A DNA stretch of 64,000 nucleotides, taken from positions 62,001 to 126,000 of the forward strand of contig JAXLNO010000416.1 in NCBI GenBank assembly GCA_038087875.1, given 5' to 3'. Positions 12,705 through 23,761 of this stretch are shown in pieces. The notes beneath the pieces were generated by a model. It was not told where the DNA came from, ran no database searches, and worked only from the letters and a program-made list of their open reading frames with translations. The translations under genes and the position numbers were made by a program. Origin of the DNA: Malacoraja senta. Lineage: Eukaryota. How positions within the stretch are numbered: position 1 is the stretch's first letter; each line of letters opens with the position of its first letter.

Positions 12705-13040
12705 GACATGCTAGAGGCAGGAAACATGTTCCTGATGTTGGGGGAGTCCAGATCCAGGGGCCACAGTTTAAGAATAAGGGGTAAGCCATTTAGAACGGAG
12801 ACGAGGAAACACTTTTTCACCCAGAGAGGTGTGAGTCTGTGGAATTATCTGCCTCAGGTGGAGGCAGGTTCTCTGGATGCTTTCAAGAGAGAGCTTGATA
12901 AGGCTCTTAAAAATAGCGAAGTCAGGGGATATGGGGAGAAGGCAGGAACGGGCTACTGATTGGGGATGAACAGCCATGATCACATTGAATGGCGATGCTG
13001 GCTGGAAGGGCCGAATGGCCTACTCCTGCACCTATTGTCT
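12705..13040 (+). mobile_element. CR1 3' end joined back-to-back to the previous fragment
   Basis: ORF 12681..12959 ends GYGEKAGTGY and is followed by a CR1 3' UTR (GAAGGGCCGAATGGCCTACTCCTGCACCTATT). Confidence 0.85.
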
Positions 13041-13218
13041 ATTGAAGTGTGTGATTCATGGACTTCACCAGTTGCTGGGTGTCTTCTCTGGTGATGCTCT
13101 GCCAGGCCTGCATTGCAGCCATCTTTAAGCTGATGCTTGTTTTGGGGGCTAGTCCTCTTCACTTTTCGCTTCAGCGTATAAAAGGCACGTTCCATTGGGT
13201 TCAGATTGTGTGAAACAG
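13040..13218 (-). pseudogene. Tc1/mariner transposase C-terminal remnant (copies at 19335-19512 minus and 33388-33560 plus)
   Basis: Translates (S)PDLNPMERAFYTLKRKVK..PQNKHQLK, then after a frameshift MAAMQAWQSITREDTQQLVMSM, matching the Tc1 SPDLNPIE region. The 19500 copy reads SPDLNP exactly. Confidence 0.8.
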
Positions 13219-13544
13219 CTCAGATGTTAAATGCAACAAATGCATCGCATTGGAATAACTTTGTACCCTCCCGCTAAGTTGAATGCCGCAAATGCGATGC
13301 ATTCAAGTAATATTGTAACCCCCCCAACCCCCGCTTGGAAGTTCAATGGATTAATTGGCTTTGCACTAATCTTGCAGAACCCCACAGAAATGTTAAATTC
13401 AACAAATGCATCGCGTTGGAATAACTTTGAACCCTCCTGCAATGTTAAATGCAGCAAATGCGTTGCATTGGTGATATTGCAAACCCCCGGGAAGTGGAAA
13501 TGCATTAAATTCAATGCAATAATCTTGCAAAGCCACTCAGATGT

Positions 13545-13760
13545 GAAATGCAACCGTGACGTCATAGAGGGGACGGCGGGGGCGGGACATCGGCCCTCTG
13601 ACTGATCGGACGTCCCCATTGGCGGAGAGAGACGTCGCTCAGCCGGGCGGTGGGGCGGGACTTGCAGATGGCCGGAAGCGGCGGGTGATTGGAGGAGAGA
13701 GACGTCAGTCAGACGGAGGGAGAAGGAACCCGCCCCCTTGTCTCTCTCTGGTCCGCGTTG
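13545..13760. promoter_or_regulatory. CpG-rich promoter-like cassette (CRE, GC boxes, CCAAT, ETS)
   Basis: TGACGTCA at 13557; GGGGCGGG twice; ATTGG twice; CCGGAAGC. Copies at ~19680-19895 and ~32840-33060. Confidence 0.5.
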
Positions 13761-13769
13761 CAGACAGGA

Positions 13770-14215
13770 GAGAGAGGGAGAAGGAGAGAGAGGGTGAGAT
13801 GGGGAGTGTGGGCTGGGGGAGGGAGGGAGGGAGGGAGGGAAAGAAAATTGAGAGAGAAATGAAGAATTTAGTGAAATATTAAGTATTTAGTGAAAGAGAG
13901 GGGGAAGGTGGAAGAGAGGGAAGGAGAGGTGGAGGGAGAGATAGAAGGGAGAGGAGAGGAGGGGGAGAGGAGAGGTGGAGAGAGATAGAGCGTGAGAGAC
14001 AAAGGAGAGAGGGAGAGGAAAATGTAGGAGAGGAGAGGTAGTGAGGGACGGTGAGAGGGAGAGAGAGAAAGGAGAGGGCGATGGGAAAATAGAGGGAGAT
14101 AGAGACTGAGAGAGGGAGAGGGAAATATAGAGGAGGGAAGAGGGAGATTGAGACTGAGATAAAGAGAGAGACAAACGAGAGAGGAAGAGGGAAAATAGAG
14201 GAGAGGAGAGGGAGA
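13770..14215. repeat. Purine-rich (GA) low-complexity tract; similar tracts at 16024-16718, 19905-20660 and mirrors at 29900-30590, 32386-32835
   Basis: Seen directly. Confidence 0.95.
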
Positions 14216-16023
14216 GAAACATAGAAAATAGGTGCAGGGGGAAGCCATTCGTCCCTTCGAGCCAGCACCGCCATTAATTGTGATCATGGCTGATCGTCCC
14301 CTATCAATAACCCGTGCCTGCCTTCTCCCCATATCCCTTGACTCCACTAGCCCCTAGAGCTCTATCTAACTCTCTCTTAAATCCATCCAGTGATTTGGCC
14401 TCCACTGCCCTCTGTGGCAGCGAATTCCATAAATTCACACTCTCTGGGTGAAAAGGTTTTTATCACTCGGTTTTAAATGATCTCCCCTTTATTCTAAGAC
14501 TGTGGCCCTTGGTTCTGGACTCGCCCAACATTGGGAACATTTTTCCTGCAGCTAGTTTCTCCAGTCCTGTTATAATTTTATATGTTTCTATAAAATCTCC
14601 CCCTCATCCTTCTAAACTCCAGTGAATACAAGCCTAGTCTTTTCAATCTTTCCTCATATGACAGTCCCGCCATCCCAGGGATCAATCTCGTGAACCTACG
14701 CTGCACTGCCTCAATCACAAGGATGTTCATCCTCAAATTAGGAGACCAAAACTGTACACAATACTCCAGATGTGGTCTCACCAGAGCCCTATACAACTGC
14801 AGAAGAACCTCTCTACTCCTATACTGAAATCCTCTTGTTATGAAGGCCAACATTCCAATAGCTTTCTTCACTGCCTGCTGTACCTGCACGCCAACTTTCA
14901 GTGACCGATGTACAAGGAAACCCAGGTCTCGTTGAACCTCCCCCTTCCCTAACCTAACCCTGTTGAGATGATAATCTGCCCCTTGTTTTTGCCACCGAAG
15001 TGGATAACCTCGCATTTATCTATATTATACTTCATCTGCCAGGCATCTGCCCACTCACTCAACCTGTCCAGGTCACACTGAAACCTCCTATCATCCTCTT
15101 CACAGCTCACACTGCCATCCAGCTTTGTGTCATCTGCAAACTTGCTAGTGTTGCTCCTAATTCCCTCTTACAAATCATTAATATATATGGTAAACCGTTG
15201 CGGCCCCAACACTGAGCCTTGCGGCACTCCACTCGCCACTGCCTGCCATTCTGAAAAGGACCCGTTCACTCCTGCTCTTTGCTTCCGGTCTTGCCAACCA
15301 ATTTTCTATCCATGTCAACACCCTACCACCAATACCATGTCCTCTAATTTTAGTCACCAGTCTACCGTGCGGGACCTTATCAAAGGTTTTCTGAAAGTCT
15401 AGATACACTACATCCACTGGCACCCCTTCATTCAATTTACTTCTCACATCCTCAAAAAATTCCAGAAGTTTAGTCAAGCATGATTTCCCTTTCATAAATC
15501 CATGTTGACTTGGACTAATCCTTGTACTGCTACCCAAATGCCCCATTATTACCTCTTTAATAATTGACTCCAGCATCTTTCCCACCACCGAAGTCAGGCT
15601 AACTGGTTTGTAATTCCCCGTTTTCTCTCTCGCCCCTTTCCTGAAAAGTGGGATAACATTAGCTATCCTCCAATCCACAGGGACTGATCCTGAATCTATT
15701 GAACATTGGAAAATAATCACCATTGCCTCCACTATTTCTCGAGCCACCTCCCTGAGGACCCTGGGATGCAGACCATCAGGCCCAGGGGATTTATCATCCT
15801 TCAGTCCCATTAGCCCTACCCAATACTATTTCTCGCCTAATGAACATTTCTTTCAGTTCCTCTACCCCCTTTAGAACCTCTGTCCTCCAGTACATCTGGG
15901 AGGATTGTTTGTGTCTTCCTCAGTGAAGACAGAGACAAAGTTCCTATTCAACTCTTCTGCCATCCCTTGTTGCCCATAATAATTTCACCCGTGTCTGCCT
16001 TCAAGGGACCCACATTTGACTTT
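14216..16023 (-). mobile_element. 5'-truncated CR1 LINE, frameshifted (mirror 30590-32386 on +)
   Basis: RT ORF pieces 15178..15810 and 14578..15015; 3' tail AAACATAGAAAATAGG at 14217. Confidence 0.9.
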
Positions 16024-17244
16024 GAGAGAGACAGAGAGAGGGAGAGAGATAAATGAGAGAGGGAGAGGGAAAATAGAGGAGAGGAGAGGGAGAGAGACAG
16101 AGAGAGGGAGAGAGAGAAAGGAGAGAGGGAGGGGGAAAATAGAGGAGGAGAGGGAGAGAGAGACAGAGAGAGGGAAAGAGAGAAAGGAGAGAGGGAGAGG
16201 GAAAGGTGGAGGAGAGAGAGGGAGAGGGATAGAGGGCAGGGGAGGGGAGGAGAGTGGAGGGGAAAGAGGGAGGGGAGGAGAGGAGAGAGACGGAGAGAAA
16301 GAGGGGGGGAGGTAGATAGAGGGAGAGGGAAAGAGAAAGATGGAGGGGAGAGAGATGGAGGAGTGTGGGCTGCGCGAGGGAGGATGGGAGGTGGGGGAAG
16401 GGAGGGAAAGAGAGAGAGAGGGAGAAATGAACAATTGAGTGAAAAATTAAGAATTGAGTGAAAGAGGGGGGAAGGTGGGCGGGAGGAAATGAGATGGAGG
16501 CAGAGAGCGAGAGGGAAAGGTAGAGGAGAGGGGAGAGAGAGAGACAGAGAGAAAGGAGAGAGGGAGAGGGAAAGATAGAGGAGAGGAGAGGGGAGAGAGA
16601 GACAGAGAGAGAGAGGAGAGAGGGAGAGGGAAAGGTAGAGGAGAGGAGAGAGAAAGAGAGGGGGAGAGAGGAGAGGGAGAGGGAAAGATAGAGAGGGGAG
16701 GAGAGGGGAGAGAGGGATGAATTTTAAAGGAATTGCAGTTTTCACTTTCGGAGCAGATTTGCAAGTTTGACCTCAGCATCTGAAGAAGGGTCTCGGCCCG
16801 AAACATTGCCTATTTCCTTCGCTCCATAGATGCTGCCTCACCCGCTGAGTTTCTCCAGCATTTGTGTCCACCACCTATTAAATTCAATCGTTAGTTAACG
16901 TCAGAGTGGTGGCGTTCGTGCATGCGCGCGTGGAGGGCGTGCGTGTGTGCGGGTACACAATACTCCAGGTGTGGTCTCACCAGGGCCCTGTACAGCTGCA
17001 GAAGGACCTATTTGCTCCAATACTCAACTCTTTCTCTGTGTTATTTAGTGGTCTTTCCAAATAAAATGAAAACATCTTTTACACTTTGTGGACAACTCGA
17101 TGTTTGTAATATGTTCTTCAACCAGTTTAGTCTAGTTTAGTTTGGAGATACAGCATGGAAACAGGCCCTTCGGCCCACCGAGTCTGTGCCGACCAGCGAT
17201 CCCCGCACACTTTCGAGTGTGGTAGGAATCCGGAGCGCCCGGAG

Positions 17245-17339
17245 TGAGGTGGCCAAAAATGACGGCCGTAAGTGGTTTCGGAAATCACGAAACAGAAAGT
17301 CAGAAAGTGATCAAGATCTTAGTTTTAGTAATATAGATG
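17245..17339 (-). mobile_element. Possible Helitron-like 5' terminus (mirror 29280-29375 on +)
   Basis: A|TCTATATTACTAAAA start resembles 5' TC ends of vertebrate non-autonomous Helitrons; downstream sequence is similar to 26735-26820. No 3' CTRR end assigned. Confidence 0.3.
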
Positions 17340-17358
17340 ACAGTATATATATATATAT

Positions 17359-17443
<85 letters not shown>

Positions 17444-17564
17444 TTCTCTCTTTCTCTCTTTCTCTCTTTCTCTCTTTCTCTTTCTCTCTTTCTCTCTTTC
17501 TCTCTCTCTCCCCCTCTCTCTCTCCCCCTCTCCCTCTCCCCCTCCCTCTCCCCCTATAATTCCC

Positions 17565-19335
17565 TATAAAGGTGAATTTATTATAGGGAACAAGGAAATG
17601 GCAGATGAGTTGAACAGGTACTTTGGATCTGTCTTCACTAAGGAGGACACAAACAATCTTCCTGATATAGTAGTGGCCAGAGGATCTGGGGTGATGGAGG
17701 AAATGAAGAAAATCCACATTAGGCAGGAAATGGTGTTGGATAGACTGATGGGACTGAAGGCTGATAATTCCCCAGGGCCTGGTGCTCTGCATCCCAGGGT
17801 ACTTAAGGAAGTGGCTCTAGAAATCGTGGATGCATTGGTGATAATTTTCCAATGTTCTATAGACTTAGGATCAGTTCCTGTGGATTTGAGGGTAGCTAAT
17901 GTTATCCCACTTTCTAAGAAAGGCGTGAGAATGAAAACGGGGAATTATAGACCAGTTAGCCTGACATCAGTGGTGGGGAAGATGCTGGAGTCAATTACTA
18001 AAGATGAGATAGCCGAACATTTGGATAGCAGTAAGAGGATCGCTCCGAGTCAGCATGGATTTACGAAGGGGAAATCATGCTTGACTAATCTTCTGGAATT
18101 TTTTGAAGATGTTACAAGGAAAATGGACAAGGGAGAGCCAGTGGATGTAGTGTACCTGGACTTTCAGAAAGCATTTGATAAGGTCCCACATAGGAGATTA
18201 GTGGGCAAAATTATGGCACATGGTATTGGGGGTATAGTGCTGACATGGATAGAGAAGTGGTTGGCAGACAGGAAACAAAGAGTAGGGATTAACGGGTCCC
18301 TTTCAGAATGTCAGGCAGTGACTAGTGAGGTTGCGCAAGGCTCGGTGCTGGGACCGCAGCTAATTACAATATACATCAATGCTTTGGATGAAGGGATTCA
18401 AATTAACATTAGCAAATTTGCAGAAGACACAAAGCTGGGTGGCAGTGTGAACTGTGAGGAGGATGCTATGAGAATGCAGGGTGACTTGGACAGGTTGGGG
18501 AGTGGGCAGATGCATGGCAGATTAAGTTTAATGTGGATAAATGTGAGGTTATCCACTTTGGTAGCAAAAACAGGAAAGGCAGATTACTATGTAATGGCGT
18601 CAAGTTGGGAAAAGGGGAAGTACAATGGGATCTGGGGATCCTTGTACATCAGTCTATGAAAGTAAGCATGCAGGTACAGCAGGCAGTGAAGAAAGCGAAT
18701 GGCATATTGACCATTATAACAAGAGGAATCGAATATAGGAGCGGAGAGGTCCTTCTGCAGTTGTACAGAGCCCCAGTGAGACCACACCTGGTGTATTGTG
18801 TGCAGTTTTGGTCCCCTAATTTGAGGAAGGACATTCTTGCTATTGAGGGAGTGCAGCGTAGGTTTACAAGGTTAATTCCCGGGAAGGCGGGACTGACATA
18901 TGCTGAGAGAATGGAGCTGCTAGGCTTGTACACTCTGGAGTTTAGAAGGATGAGAGGGTATCTTATTGAAACATATAAGATTGTTAAGGGTTTGGACACG
19001 CTAGAGGTAGGAAACATGTTCCCGATGTTGCGGGTGTCCAGAACCAGGGGCCACAGTTTAAGAATAAGGGTAAGCCATTTAGAACGGAGACGAGGAAACA
19101 ATTTTTCACCCAGAGCGTTGTGAGTCTGTGGAATTATCTGCCTCAGAGGGTGGTGGAGGCAGGTTCTCTGGATGCTTTCAAGAGAGAGCTCGATAAGGCT
19201 CTTAAAAATAGTGAAGTCAGGGGATATGGGGAGAAGGCAGGAACGGGAAACTGACTGCGGATGAACAGCCATGATCACATTGAATGGCGATGCTGGCTGG
19301 AAGGGCCGAATGGCCTGCTCCTGCACCTATTGTCT
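17565..19335 (+). mobile_element. 5'-truncated CR1 LINE (5' half mirrored at 28189-29095)
   Basis: RT motifs in ORFs 17337..18659 and 18533..19123; 3' UTR at ~19260-19335. Confidence 0.92.
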
Positions 19336-20058
19336 ATTGAAGTATGCGATTCATGGACATCACCAGTTGCTGGGTGTCTTCTCTGGTGATGCTCTGCCAG
19401 GCCTGCATTGCAGCCATCTTTAAGCTGATGCTTGTTTTGGGGCCTAGTCCCCTTCACTTTTCTCTTCAGCGTATAAAAGGCACGTTCCATTGGGTTCAGA
19501 TCGGGTGAAACAGCTCAAATGTTAAATGCAACAAATGCATCGCGTTGGAATAACTTTGCATCCTCCTGTAATGTTAAATGCAGCAAATGCGTTGCATTAA
19601 AGTGATATTGCAACCCCACCTCCGGGATGTGAAATGCATTAAATTCATTGCAATAAACTTGCAAAACCCCCTCAGATGTGAAATGCAACCGTGACGTCAT
19701 AGAGGGGACGGTGGGGGAGGGACATCCGGCCCTCTGACTGATCGGACGTCCCTATTGGCGGAGAGAGACGTCGCTCAACCGGGTGGTGGGGCGGGACTTG
19801 CAGATGGTCGGAAGCGGCAGGTGATTGGAGGAGGGAGACGTCAGTCAGAGGGAGGGAGAAGGAACCCTCCCCCTTGTCTCTCTCTGGTCCGCGTTGCAGA
19901 CAGGATTGAGAGAGAGGGAGAAGGAGTGATGGAGGAGTGTGGGCTGGGGGAGGGAGGGAGGGAAGGTGAGAGGAGGGAGGGAGGGAGAGAGAGGGAGAAA
20001 TGAAGAATTGTGTGAAAATTGAAGAATTGAGTGAAAGAGAGGGGGAAGGTGGGAGAGA

Positions 20059-20099
<41 letters not shown>

Positions 20100-20499
20100 G
20101 AGAGAGGGAAAGATAGAGGGGAGAGAGAGAGGGAGGGGGAAAGCTAGAGGGCAGGGAAGGGGAGGGGAGAGAGACAAAGAGGGGAGGGAGATAGAGGGGG
20201 AAAGAGAGAGAGGGAGAGAGATGGAGGAGTGTGGGCTGCGGGAGGGAGGAGGGAAGGTGGGGCAGGGAGAGAGGGAAAGAGAAAATTGAGTGAAAATGAT
20301 TTGAGTGAAAAATGAGGATTCGAGTGAAAGAGAGGGGGAAGGTGGGAGGGAGGGAAGGAGAGATGGAGGAGAGAGGGGAGAGATGGAGAGAATGGAGAGA
20401 GGGAGAGGGACAGATAGAGGAGAGGGTGTGAGAGAGAGGGAGGGAGAGGAGATGAGAGGAGAGGAGAGGAGAGGAGAGGAGAGGAGAGGAGAGGAGAGG

Positions 20500-20561
<62 letters not shown>

Positions 20562-20724
20562 AGGGAGAGGGAAATATAGAGGAGAGGAGAGGGAAAGAGA
20601 GAGGGGGAGAGAGAGAAAGGAGAGAGGGAGAGGGAAAATAGAGAGGAGGGGGAGAGAGAGGAATGCATTTTAAAGGAATTGCAGTTTTCACTTTCGTAGC
20701 AGATTTGCAAGTTTGCCCCAGCAT

Positions 20725-20752
20725 CTGAAGAAGGGTCTCGACCCGAAACGTT
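20725..20752 (+). ncRNA. Minimal hammerhead-ribozyme motif in Penelope-derived short repeat (best copy)
   Basis: CTGAAGA-A-GGGTC-TC-GACCC-GAAAC-GTT: CUGANGA core, helix II, GAAA, loopless palindromic helix III, GUU triplet. Confidence 0.65.
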
Positions 20753-21289
20753 GCCTATTTCCTTCGCTCCATAGCTGCTGCCTCACCCGCTGAGTTTCTC
20801 CAGCATTTGTGTCTACCACCTATTAAACTCAATCGTTAGTTAACTTCAGAGTGGTGGCGTTCGTGCGTGCGAGCGTGGAGGGGCGTGTGTGTGTGCGGGC
20901 ACACAATACTCCAGGTGTGATCTCACCAGGGCCCTGTACAGCTGCAGAAGGACGTCTTTGCTCCTAGACTCAACTCCCCTTGTTCTGAAGGCCAACAGGC
21001 CAGAACTGCACATAATACCCTAGGTGTGGTCTCACCAGGGCTCTGTACAACTGCAGAAGGACCTCTTTGCTCCTGTACTAAACTCCTCTTGTTATGAAGG
21101 CCAACAGGGCCAAAACTACACACAATACTCCAGGTGTCGTCTCACCAGGGCCCTGTACAACTGCAGAAGGACCTCCAATACTCAACTCTTTCTCTGTTTT
21201 CTTTAGTGGTCTTTCCAAATAAAATGAAAACATATTTTACACTTTGTGGACACCTTGATGTTTGAAATATGTTCTTCACCCAGTTTAGT

Positions 21290-21685
21290 CTAGTTTAGTT
21301 TGGAGATACAGCACGGAAACAGGCCCTTCGGCCCAACGAGTCCGTGCCGACCAGCGATCGACCGTTCACACACTAGTTTAGTTTGGAGATACAGCGCAGA
21401 AACAGGCCCTTCGGCCCCACCGCGTCCGTGCCGACCAGCGATCCCCGCACACTAACACTATCCTACACACACGCAGGGGAACAATTTACAATCTTTACCA
21501 GAAGCCAATTAACCTACAAACCTGCACATCTTTGGAGTGTGATAGGAAACCAGAGCGCCCGGAGAAAACCCACGCAGGTCACGGGGAGAGAACGTGCAAA
21601 CACCGCACAGACAGCACCCGTGGTCGGGATGGAACCGGGGTCTCTGGCGCCGTGAGGCGGCAACTCTACCGCTGGGTCACCGTGA
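21290..21685 (-). mobile_element. HE1-like SINE with duplicated tail
   Basis: Minus-strand head ACGGTGACCCAGCGGTAGAGTTGCCGCC and B-box-like GGTTCCATCCC; tail (ACTAA)n with two AACAGGCCCTTCGGCCC copies. Confidence 0.78.
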
Positions 21686-21873
21686 TGACCAGAGAGGGAT
21701 GGAGAGGTGGATACTTCTCTCTCTCTCTCTCTCCCTGCTTCTCTCTCTCTACCTCCCTCATCCCTCTCTCCCTCTCTCTCTCTCCTCTCTCTCTATCTCC
21801 CTCATCCCTCTCTCTCTCCCTCTCCCCATCTCCCTCCCTCCCTCCCTCTCTCTCCCTGCTTCTCTCTCTCTCG

Positions 21874-21906
<33 letters not shown>

Positions 21907-22354
21907 GCTCTCTCACACACTCTCTCCCCCCTCTCCCTCTCTCCATCCCTTCATCCCCCCCCTCCTTTGTTCTCTCCATCCCTTCATCCCCCCTCCTTTG
22001 TTTCTCTCCATCCCTTCATCCCCCCTCCTTTGTTCTCTCCATCCCTTCATCCCCCCTCCTTTGTTCTCTCCATCCCTTCATCCCCCCCTCCTTTGTTCTC
22101 TCCATTCCACCCTTAATGCCCCAATAAACAACAACAAAACACCCGGAACCAAAACTGCGGCGTATCGCCCTCCACCCGGACGCCTGAGACCCGCCGTCCC
22201 ACTTTGCCAGCGCCGGTGCGCCGCCCTAAAGCGTCCCCCTTTCCCCGGAAGCGCCTTTGTGGACGAGAGGTTCGCCACCCGACCGGAAGTGGTGCGGGAA
22301 TCCAGCTGTGAAGGGCAGGTAAGGATAAAAGCGCTGTCATGCAGCGGGCGGCAG

Positions 22355-22693
22355 CAATGCAGCCAGTGATGCATGCATTCCCTTTAATGCAGCCAGTGCT
22401 GCATGCATTCCCTTTAATGCAGCTAGTGATGCATGCATTCCCTTTAATGCAGCCAATGATGCATGCATTCCCTTTAATGCAGCCAGTGATGCATGCATTC
22501 CGTTTAATGCAGCCAGTGATGCATGCATTCCCTTTAATGCAGCCAGGGACACATGCATTCCCTTTAATGCAGCCAGTGATGCATGCATTCCCTTTAATGC
22601 AGCCAGTGATGCATGCATTCCCTTTAATGCAGCCAGTGATGAATGCATTCCCTTTAATGCAGCCAATGATGCATGCATTCCCTTTAATGCAGC
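22355..22693. repeat. 30-bp minisatellite (AATGCAGCCAGTGATGCATGCATTCCCTTT), about 11 copies
   Basis: Seen directly; it produces the MQPVMHAFPL repeats in ORF 22339..23382. Confidence 0.97.
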
Positions 22694-23049
22694 AGGGGGG
22701 ACATGCACAGGCGCTTGCAGGCCAATCCCCACATTTTATAATTCACACTATATTCACACTTAATATAGCCCTTCAGGCAGATTTCTGTCTCATTTCCAAA
22801 CCATTTCCCCAAACCCCTCCCCCAAACTCACCAAGCCGACCTTGCGTGACAACGGCGCGGATGTGGGGAGCCCAGGCCGGCCAAAACAGGCCCTTCGGCC
22901 CATTCCCCCCTGCCAGCCCAAAGTTGGTATTGTCTGAATCGGGTCTACGTTTGCCCAAATCCCCTCTAGCAGAGAGAGAGAGACAGAGAGACAGAGAGCG
23001 ACATGCAGAGAGAGAGAGACAGAGAGACAGAGGGACAGAGAGACAGAGT

Positions 23050-23635
23050 GATACAGTGTGGAAACAGGCCCTTCGGCCCAACTTGCCCACACCGGCCTAC
23101 ATGCCCCATCTACACTTGTCCCACCTGCTGCCCGCGTTTGGCCCATATCCCTCCAAACCTGTCCTATCCATGTACCTGTCCAAGTGTTATAGTCCCAGCC
23201 TCAACTGCCTCCTCCGGCAGTTCGTTCCATACACTCACCACCCTCTGTGTGGAAAAGATGCCCCTCAGATTCCTATTCAGTTTTTTCCCACCCCCGCCTC
23301 TCTCACCCGTGTCCTCTGGTCCTCGATTCCCCTACTCTGGGCAAGAGACTCTGTGCGTCTACCCGATCTATTCCTCTGGTGATTTTGTACACATCTATAA
23401 GATCACCCCTCATCCTCCTGCGCTCCAAGGAATAGAGTCCCAGCCTGCCCCCACCTCTCCCTGTAGCTCAGGCCCCTCGAGTCCCGGCAACATCCTAGTA
23501 AATCTTCTCCGCGCCCTTTCCAAACTCAATGACATCTTTCCTGTAACACGGTGCCCAGATCTGAACACAATACTCTAAACGCAACCTCACCAACGTCTCG
23601 TACAACTGCAATGTGACCTCCCAACTTCTAGACTC

Positions 23636-23640
<5 letters not shown>
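23050..23640 (-). mobile_element. CR1 3' fragment (divergent subfamily)
   Basis: IESRSWEVTLQLYETLVRLRLEYCVQIWAP on the minus strand; CR1-like tail at ~23055-23150. Confidence 0.75.
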
Positions 23641-23673
<33 letters not shown>

Positions 23674-23678
23674 GATAC

Positions 23679-23723
<45 letters not shown>

Positions 23724-23730
23724 TAAGGAA

Positions 23731-23761
<31 letters not shown>

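Larger units (their letters stand above)
1..18470 (+). repeat. Left arm of large inverted duplication (continues beyond window start)
   Basis: Reverse complement matches 28189-48304. 1-30 matches 48275-48304, and GGATGCTATG ending at 18470 matches CATAGCATCC starting at 28189. Many ORFs in the track have identical mirrored partners (5376..5678 vs 40946..41248; 8242..8529 vs 38132..38419). Confidence 0.97.

Noticed and set aside
15948..16745. Leu/Ser/Pro- and Glu/Arg-rich ORFs (also 19672-20724, 21532-22369, 23495-24246, 29812-30880)
   Set aside because: GA/TC low-complexity sequence lacking stop codons.
22339..23382. 347-aa ORF with MQPVMHAFPL repeats
   Set aside because: Open frame explained by the 30-bp minisatellite, then runs into a GA tract and antisense CR1; no domain motifs.
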